Under the pieces are notes generated by a model, which did no database searches, had not been told where the DNA came from, and saw only the letters and a program-made list of their open reading frames with translations. Positions 17,920-24,000 of a DNA stretch of 24,000 nucleotides are shown here, piece by piece (within the stretch, counting starts at the first letter, position 1; the number at the start of each line of letters is the position of its first letter). Source of the stretch: Nodosilinea sp. LEGE 07088 (GTDB lineage: Bacteria; Cyanobacteriota; Cyanobacteriia; Phormidesmidales; Phormidesmidaceae); contig NZ_JADEWX010000057.1 in the NCBI RefSeq assembly GCF_015207395.1, positions 7,235 to 31,234 of the forward strand, given 5' to 3'. Position numbers and translations under genes: made by a program.

Positions 17920-18783
17920 ATGCCAAAGAGGTCAATTTTTATGCGCTATCGCACCTTGGTTGCTGTAGTTTTAGCCCTTTGCCTGGGGCTGATTACAGCG
18001 TGCAGCGGCAGCCCCCGAGCGGGAGATCAAGCTTTGAGCTATGACCAAATTAAAGGAAGCGGGTTGGCTAACCTATGCCCGCAAATTTCTGAAACCCGGC
18101 GAGATGCGATCGCCATTGCTCCTAATCAGTCCTACACCCTAGAGGAGATGTGTTTACAGCCCACCGCCTTCTTGGTTAAGCAGGAGCCGTTGGTCAAGCG
18201 CGCCAGCGCCAGCCAGGCCACCCAGTTTATGCCCACCAAGCCGCTGACCCGAGCTAGTTTTTCCATTGACCAGGTCAGTGGAGTATTAAAAGCCGATGCC
18301 GACGGTCGCCTGACCTTTATGGAACAAAGCGGCTTCGACTTTCAGCCGATTACGGTGCAACTCCCCGATGGCGAGCGCGTGCCGCTGCTCTTTTCTATCA
18401 AGGGGCTGGTGGCGCAAACGCTGGAAGCGGCCAAGAGCATCAACCCCTTAACCCAGTTCAGCGGCACCTTTCAGGTACCGGCCTACCGCACCGCAGGCTT
18501 TTTAGACCCCAAAGGGCGTGGGGTTATGGTGGGCTACGATGCCGCCGTAGGCTTACCCCCCCAGGCCGATAGTAAAGAGTTTCAGCGCTCGAATACAAAA
18601 GTCTTTGAGGTTGACGAAGGCACGTTGACCCTGCGGGTAGAGCGGGTAGACCAGGGTACCGGAGAAATCGCGGGGGTGTTTGAAAGCATTCAGCCCTCGG
18701 ATACCGACTTTGGCGCTAAAGATCCCATGGATGTCAAAATCCAGGGTGTTTTCTACGCCCGACTGAACTCAGAAATGGCCTAG
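17920..18783 (+). CDS. psbO: Photosystem II manganese-stabilizing protein PsbO
   Basis: 287 aa (internal start MRYRTLV possible); LSYDQIKGSGLANLCPQI, VKQEPLVKR, GFDFQPITVQLPDGERVPLLF, FLDPKGRGVMVGYDAAVGLP, IAGVFESIQPSDTDFGAKDP; two conserved Cys; lipobox-like LITAC in the signal peptide. Confidence 0.95.
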   Translation: MPKRSIFMRYRTLVAVVLALCLGLITACSGSPRAGDQALSYDQIKGSGLANLCPQISETRRDAIAIAPNQSYTLEEMCLQPTAFLVKQEPLVKRASASQATQFMPTKPLTRASFSIDQVSGVLKADADGRLTFMEQSGFDFQPITVQLPDGERVPLLFSIKGLVAQTLEAAKSINPLTQFSGTFQVPAYRTAGFLDPKGRGVMVGYDAAVGLPPQADSKEFQRSNTKVFEVDEGTLTLRVERVDQGTGEIAGVFESIQPSDTDFGAKDPMDVKIQGVFYARLNSEMA

Positions 18784-18790
18784 TTTTGAA

Positions 18791-18873
18791 AGGCAGAAGG
18801 CGGAAGGCAGAGGCAGAAGGCAGAAGGCAGAAGGCAGAAGGCAGAAGGCAGAAGGCAGAAGCAGAAGGCAGAA
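18791..18873. repeat. Tandem array of a ~7-nt unit (GGCAGAA)n
   Basis: About 11 copies of GGCAGAA with a few variants, immediately downstream of psbO. Degenerate short versions also occur near 12113..12131 and, in inverse orientation, near 16049..16071. Confidence 0.9.
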
Positions 18874-19044
18874 CGGGAATTCCAGGTCTGACCAGGGTTT
18901 TCGCGTTAGTCAACCGGTGGGCTACTGCCGCCGTAGAGCACTAGCCCCAGAGAAGTTGCCAAAGATGAGTCCCTCACAGACTTAGGCCCAGCAACATATT
19001 TTCGATAGCACGTTTTACTGCTGTGATAATTATGGAGAACCCCC

Positions 19045-19179
19045 ATGGCTAACTACAACGTTGATCAGCCGCAGTCATATCCTATCTTTACCGTGCGGTG
19101 GCTAGCGGTTCACACCCTGGCTGTCCCGACGGTGTTTTTCTTGGGTGCGATCGCGGCAATGCAGTTTGTCCAGCGCTAG
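19045..19179 (+). CDS. psbF: Cytochrome b559 subunit beta PsbF, solitary copy (not in supplied ORF track)
   Basis: Manual translation: [44 protein letters not shown], 44 aa, matches PsbF with the heme-ligating His. GGAG upstream (TATGGAGAACCCCCATG). No psbE, psbL or psbJ adjacent. Confidence 0.95.
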   Translation: MANYNVDQPQSYPIFTVRWLAVHTLAVPTVFFLGAIAAMQFVQR

Positions 19180-19217
19180 GCTGCCCTATCGGCTGGCGAC
19201 AATAAACTTCCAACAAA

Positions 19218-19246
19218 AAGGTGCTCAGGCATGGCCTGAGCACCTT
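19218..19246 (-). terminator. Intrinsic terminator hairpin for the minus-strand psbV-like gene
   Basis: AAGGTGCTCAGGC-ATG-GCCTGAGCACCTT, 13-nt perfect arms. On the minus strand it is followed by TTTTTG-type sequence, about 24 nt after the psbV-like stop; could act bidirectionally between psbF and psbV. Confidence 0.8.
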
Positions 19247-19269
19247 GGTTTATAGCTTGCTCCGGTGGA

Positions 19270-19785
19270 TTAGCGTCCAGGCTTGCCGCTGGCCCAGATG
19301 CGACCAATAATATTGGGCTGGGCTAACACATAGCCAGAGATATCCGCTAAATCTTGATCGGTGAGCGTCTTCATTCTGGGGAATAAATCGACCCTGGCCG
19401 TGGAGGGATGAAGTTCTTCCAGTGACCCTAGGCCGTCGTAGGTGGTGGGATTTTTCAAGTAGTCAATAATTCCTTCTAAATTGTCGCGAGCAGGGAGTGC
19501 TAAGGCCAGAGTCTGTGGGGCCAGACTAATATCTGGATTGGGCTTAGTAATGCCGTCTAAATGGCAAGCAGAGCAGGTGCCGTTAAATTTCTTGCGACCG
19601 TTGGCAAGCTGTTGTTCGGTCAAGGTGATGACATCACCCGATGCGTTGAGCGGCACCGTGCGGGCCGACTCGCTGATTTCAATAGCGAGGGCGGCTTTAG
19701 TGGGTATTTGAAAAGCTATAACTATAGCTAGGCCAACTATCAGGAGGATTCTTCCTGGCATAAATTTTTCAAAAAATTGAGCCAT
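19270..19785 (-). CDS. psbV: Cytochrome c550 / PsbV-like protein
   Basis: 171 aa; signal peptide, CSACH heme motif, NLEGIIDYLKNPTTYDG, ELHPS, FPRMKTLTDQDLADISGYVLAQPNIIG. Divergent C-terminus WASGKPGR instead of the usual GGGKIYY-like end; may be psbV or a psbV2-type paralog. Confidence 0.85.
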   Translation of the reverse strand: MAQFFEKFMPGRILLIVGLAIVIAFQIPTKAALAIEISESARTVPLNASGDVITLTEQQLANGRKKFNGTCSACHLDGITKPNPDISLAPQTLALALPARDNLEGIIDYLKNPTTYDGLGSLEELHPSTARVDLFPRMKTLTDQDLADISGYVLAQPNIIGRIWASGKPGR

Positions 19786-20351
19786 TAAATTATCCTTAAA
19801 AGCGCTTCAGTAGGTTTGAAGCTACCATATTTCTATGTTTTTTATTCTGATTAAGTAGACTTAAAAAATATTTCTTTAGATGAAAATAAAGATTAATAAA
19901 ACCCTTGAATTCATCCATAATTTAGCGAAAGATTCCCAAGAAATTCATCTTTTTGTGCTCTGTTCTGGAAGCGATCGCGCCAGCAGATTGGCGGGTACAT
20001 CCCATTTCTGTAAGTGTCTGCCTGATGGCCACAGGGGCAGGGATCCACGGTGCAGAGACTCGTTGGCTTAGGCAAACCCATCTCTATGTCTCCCCTATCT
20101 CTACCTCTCCTAGAAGGGAATGTTTACCCCGTTCTTTCACAGCTTGTCCTGAGCTAAATTTGGGGTGGAGGAAGTCCTTCATTTGCTTGGGCCAGAGAAC
20201 TTTCAACCCCTTAAATGGGCGTGTAACGTTCCTTAAAGCAGATTTTCACATTCATAGGTTCTTCATTTTTCTCTTCTAGGTTAAGCAGTAATTGAGCACG
20301 GCCAACCCTGCGTTGGAGGGGGTGCCGTCAGTTTTGGTTGAGGAACTACTT

Positions 20352-21557
20352 ATGACCACACAGCTTGGTAGAACGGTTGCCATCAATCGTTCTAGCCAAC
20401 TTGAAGCCGCAGAGATAACTCGCCGCACACCGGCTGGTTTAGGGCGCAGACAAATTAACCCTTGGGAGCGCTTTTGTCGGTGGGTAACGAGTACTGAAAA
20501 CCGCATTTATGTTGGCTGGTTTGGGGTGCTTATGATACCCACGATGGCTACGGCTGCCACCGTGTTTGTTCTGGCCTTTATCGCCGCTCCAGCGGTAGAT
20601 ATGGATGGCACTGGGCGAGCCATTTCGGGCGCCCTGCTTGACGGTAATAACCTGATTAGTGGGGCCGTGGTGCCGACATCGGCGGCCATTGGGCTACATT
20701 TTTACCCCATTTGGGAGGCCGCCTCTTTGCAGGAATGGCTGACCAACGGTGGCCCCTATCAGCTGATCGTGCTGCACTTTGTGATTGGCATCATCAGCTA
20801 TCAAGATCGGGAGTGGGAGCTGAGCTATCGCCTGGGCATGCGCCCCTGGATTTCGCTGGCGTTTACGGCTCCGGTGGCGGCAGCGGTGTCGGTGCTGCTG
20901 ATTTATCCGGTGGGCCAGGGGAGTTTTTCTTCGGGTATGCCCCTGGGAATTTCCGGCACCTTCACCTTCATGCTGCAATTTCAGGCCGACCACAACATTC
21001 TGGCCAGCCCATTTCACCAGCTTGGGGTAATTGGCGTATTTGGCGGGTCGTTGCTCTGTGCGGCCCATGGTTCTCTGGTGACCTCGGCAGTTATTCGCCC
21101 GGGCGTTGGCGAAGCCTCTCGGGAGCATCGCCCCTTGGGGTGGAAGAAACCCGCCTGGGCCGTGAGACCCGGTCAAACCTATAGCTTTGACTATGCCCAA
21201 GCCCACCAGGAGAAGCTGCTCTGGCGAGGCATGAAATTTAAAGATTCGCGATCGCTGCACTTTTTCCTGGCCGCCTTTCCGGTTGCGGGGATTTGGTCGG
21301 CAGCGTTGGGAGTGGATATGGCCGCCTTTGGGTTTGATCGATTTTCGGTGGGCGGTGCCATGGAGAGCTATGCCCAAAAGACCGTGGTGCCCACCTGGGC
21401 CGACCTCGTAACCCAGGCCAACCAGGGCATTAAGGCCATTGAAGAGACAGACACCATGTCGGTTCCAATTTTGCTGAGTGCCGCCGCCGATCGCGCAGCA
21501 GCCGCTGCCGACGATGGGGGTCTGCTATTGCAGCAAGTCAGTGACCCCTTGGGCTAG
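20352..21557 (+). CDS. chlF: Super-rogue D1 / chlorophyll f synthase ChlF (psbA4)
   Basis: The track ORF starts at 20292; the likely start is ATG 20352 ([15 protein letters not shown]...) after AGGA, giving 401 aa. QD motif ([14 protein letters not shown]) at 20805..20810. Mn4CaO5 ligand positions changed (D170S, E189D, H332E, H337M, D342L, A344S); Y161 and H190 retained. Confidence 0.97.
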   Translation: MTTQLGRTVAINRSSQLEAAEITRRTPAGLGRRQINPWERFCRWVTSTENRIYVGWFGVLMIPTMATAATVFVLAFIAAPAVDMDGTGRAISGALLDGNNLISGAVVPTSAAIGLHFYPIWEAASLQEWLTNGGPYQLIVLHFVIGIISYQDREWELSYRLGMRPWISLAFTAPVAAAVSVLLIYPVGQGSFSSGMPLGISGTFTFMLQFQADHNILASPFHQLGVIGVFGGSLLCAAHGSLVTSAVIRPGVGEASREHRPLGWKKPAWAVRPGQTYSFDYAQAHQEKLLWRGMKFKDSRSLHFFLAAFPVAGIWSAALGVDMAAFGFDRFSVGGAMESYAQKTVVPTWADLVTQANQGIKAIEETDTMSVPILLSAAADRAAAAADDGGLLLQQVSDPLG

Positions 21558-21645
21558 CAACGACAAGGCTAACGCCAACTTATTAGCCCTGGGCTAACGC
21601 CAGATGGTTAGCAACAGATTGTTTAGTGACAGAAGGAGCGTTTCC

Positions 21646-24000
21646 ATGACAGCCAGTCCTCCGGAGCAAAGGCAACCGGTCAGGGTTGTTGTCGATACTA
21701 ATCCGGTGCCCACATCTTTTGACAAATGGGCGCAGCCGGGTCATTTTGACCGCACCCTGGCCCGAGGCCCCAAAACCACCACCTGGATTTGGAATCTCCA
21801 CGCCGACGCCCACGACTTTGACAGCCACAACAGCGATTTAGAAGATATTTCGCGCCAGATTTTTTCGGCCCATTTTGGTCACCTGGCGGTGGTCTTTCTG
21901 TGGCTGAGCGGCATGTATTTTCACGGGGCCAGGTTTTCTAACTTTTCATCCTGGATGACCGACCCTGCTCACATCAAGCCCAGCGCCCAGGTGGTGTGGC
22001 CAATCTTTGGCCAAGAACTGCTCAACGCCGACATGGGCGACGGGTTCCGGGGCATTCAAATTACCTCGGGGTTGTTTCAAATGTGGCGGGGCGAGGGGTT
22101 TACCCACGAGTTCCAGCTGTTTTGGACGGCCATGGGGGCCCTGGTCATGGCGGCGCTGATGCTGTTTGCGGGCTGGTTTCACTACCATGTGCGCGCCCCT
22201 AAGCTGGAGTGGTTTCAGAATGTGCAGTCGATGCTCAACCACCACCTGGCGGGGCTGCTGGGTCTGGGCTCTTTAGGCTGGGCCGGGCACCTGATTCACG
22301 TGGCGGTGCCCACCAACAGACTGCTGGATGCGGGGGTGCCCTTGGACAAAGTTCCGCTGCCCCACGACTTTATTCTCAATAAAGCCCTGATGGTGGATCT
22401 GTACCCCAGCTTTGCCCAGGGAGTAAAGCCCTTTTTCACCCTGAACTGGTCGGCCTATACCGACTTTCTCACCTTTAAGGGGGGGCTCAACCCGGTCACT
22501 GGGGGACTGTGGATGACCGACATAGCTCACCACCATGTCGCCATTGCCGTGTTGTTCATCGTGGCGGGGCACATGTACCGCACCAACTTTGGCATTGGCC
22601 ACAGCATCAAAGTGATGCTAGAAGACGCCCGCACCCCCAAAATGCTGCCGTTTTTGAGCTTCATTGGGCCGGTAGGGCACCGGGGCCTATTTGAGGTACT
22701 GACGACTTCTTGGCATGCCCAACTGGCGATCAACCTGGCTATGCTCGGTTCGCTCAGCATTATTGTGGCTCAGCACATGTATGCCATGCCGCCCTACCCC
22801 TACCTGGCCACCGACTACGCCACGGTAACGTCGCTGTTTACCCACCACGTCTGGATTGGCGGCTTTCTAATTGTGGGGGCTGCGGCCCACGCCGCCATTT
22901 TTATGGTGCGCGACTACGACCCGGCCCAAAACGTCAACAACGTGCTGGACAGAACGCTGCGCCACCGGGACGCGATTATTTCGCACCTGGCCTGGGCCTG
23001 CCAGTTCCTGGGCTTCCACAGCTTTGCCATGTACTGTCACAACGACACCATGCGCGCCTTTGGTCGCCCCCAGGACATGTTTTCGGATACGGGCATTCAG
23101 CTGCAGCCGATTTTTGCCCAGTGGGTGCAGCACATTCAGACCATGGCGGTGGGGGCCAGCCTACAGGCGGCAGAGCCCTTGGGCAACGTGTTTGGCGGCC
23201 TACGCAATATTGATCTGGCGGGTATTGGGGTGACGGCCCCAGGGCTTAGCGGCCCGGTCAGCCATGCCTTTGGCGGCGGCGTGGTGGCCGTGGGCGGCAA
23301 GGTGGCGATGATGCCGATTCCCCTGGGCACCGCTGACTTTTTGATTCACCACATTCACGCCTTCACCATCCACGTAACGGTGCTGGTGCTGCTGAAGGGG
23401 GTGCTGTTTGCCCGCAGCTCTCGACTGATTCCCGATAAGGGCGAACTGGGCTTCCGCTTTCCCTGCGACGGGCCGGGGCGGGGTGGCACCTGCCAGGTTT
23501 CGGCCTGGGACCACGTCTTTCTGGGCCTGTTTTGGATGTATAACTCCCTGTCAATCGTGATTTTTCACTTTTTCTGGAAGATGCAGTCGGACGTGTGGGG
23601 CACGGTGGATGCCGACGGCACCATTGCCCACATTACGGGGGGCAACTTCGCCCAGTCGTCGATTACCAACAACGGCTGGCTGCGCGACTTTCTCTGGGCC
23701 CAGGCCAGCCAGGTGATTAGCTCCTACGGGTCGGCGCTGTCGGCCTACGGGCTGTTTTTCCTAGCCGGGCACTTTGTCTTTGGCTTTAGCCTGATGTTTT
23801 TGTTCAGCGGGCGGGGCTACTGGCAAGAGCTCATCGAGTCGATTGTCTGGGCCCACAACAAGCTGAAGATTACGACAGCGATTCAGCCCCGCGCCCTCAG
23901 TATTACCCAGGGTCGCGCCGTGGGGGCCGCCCACTACCTGCTGGGGGGCATTGTCACCACCTGGGCCTTTTTCCTGGCCCGCATGGCGGCGGTGGGGTAA
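21646..24000 (+). CDS. psaA: Photosystem I P700 apoprotein A1, far-red paralog (PsaA2)
   Basis: Start ATG at 21646 preceded by AGAAGGAG (track ORF starts at 21604). 784 aa, [45 protein letters not shown] (Fx cluster loop), stop TAA at 23998..24000. Confidence 0.96.
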   Translation: MTASPPEQRQPVRVVVDTNPVPTSFDKWAQPGHFDRTLARGPKTTTWIWNLHADAHDFDSHNSDLEDISRQIFSAHFGHLAVVFLWLSGMYFHGARFSNFSSWMTDPAHIKPSAQVVWPIFGQELLNADMGDGFRGIQITSGLFQMWRGEGFTHEFQLFWTAMGALVMAALMLFAGWFHYHVRAPKLEWFQNVQSMLNHHLAGLLGLGSLGWAGHLIHVAVPTNRLLDAGVPLDKVPLPHDFILNKALMVDLYPSFAQGVKPFFTLNWSAYTDFLTFKGGLNPVTGGLWMTDIAHHHVAIAVLFIVAGHMYRTNFGIGHSIKVMLEDARTPKMLPFLSFIGPVGHRGLFEVLTTSWHAQLAINLAMLGSLSIIVAQHMYAMPPYPYLATDYATVTSLFTHHVWIGGFLIVGAAAHAAIFMVRDYDPAQNVNNVLDRTLRHRDAIISHLAWACQFLGFHSFAMYCHNDTMRAFGRPQDMFSDTGIQLQPIFAQWVQHIQTMAVGASLQAAEPLGNVFGGLRNIDLAGIGVTAPGLSGPVSHAFGGGVVAVGGKVAMMPIPLGTADFLIHHIHAFTIHVTVLVLLKGVLFARSSRLIPDKGELGFRFPCDGPGRGGTCQVSAWDHVFLGLFWMYNSLSIVIFHFFWKMQSDVWGTVDADGTIAHITGGNFAQSSITNNGWLRDFLWAQASQVISSYGSALSAYGLFFLAGHFVFGFSLMFLFSGRGYWQELIESIVWAHNKLKITTAIQPRALSITQGRAVGAAHYLLGGIVTTWAFFLARMAAVG

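Noticed and set aside
18791-18873. CRISPR array possibility for the GGCAGAA repeats
   Set aside because: Units are 7 nt, contiguous and without unique spacers. This is a simple tandem repeat, and no cas genes are nearby.
19880-20279. Small ORFs 19880..20071 and 19953..20279 upstream of chlF
   Set aside because: Overlapping in different frames, with no conserved features and no evident SD. Treated as noncoding.
21583-23554. Antisense and out-of-frame ORFs overlapping psaA (e.g. 21946..22245, 22710..23213, 22871..23233)
   Set aside because: All nested in the well-supported psaA frame; low-complexity or Arg/Pro/His-rich shadow products.

Overview
This 24 kb window carries a large part of a cyanobacterial far-red light photoacclimation (FaRLiP) gene cluster, flanked on the left by ordinary housekeeping genes. 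The left flank (all minus strand except the SDR gene) holds a possibly frameshifted membrane protein, a short-chain dehydrogenase, a stand-alone CHAT-domain protein, a NIF3-like protein, a small exported protein and an FtsH protease. A long minus-strand array follows. In transcription order it is: allophycocyanin (AP) alpha-like, apcB2, AP alpha-like, apcE2 (VIPEDVT motif instead of the chromophore Cys), AP alpha-like lacking the bilin Cys, psbD, psbC, psbB, psbH, a 48-codon single-TM ORF absent from the supplied track, and psbA. Across an AT-richer divergent region are psbO (+), a solitary psbF (+, also absent from the track), a psbV-like cytochrome c550 gene (-), the super-rogue psbA / chlorophyll f synthase chlF (+, QD motif, Mn ligands lost) and psaA (+, complete, ending at base 24000). 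The FaRLiP core is known biology. The less expected items are: (i) the psbO/psbF/psbV group embedded beside chlF, (ii) the 48-aa ORF between psbH and psbA, (iii) an AP alpha subunit with Cys-to-Ala at the chromophore site and a 20-residue C-terminal tail, (iv) perfect 30-34 nt palindromes in three spacers of the photosystem array, and (v) an ftsH next to the far-red psbA. rfpA/B/C are not in the window. All calls come from reading the sequence; no database search was run.
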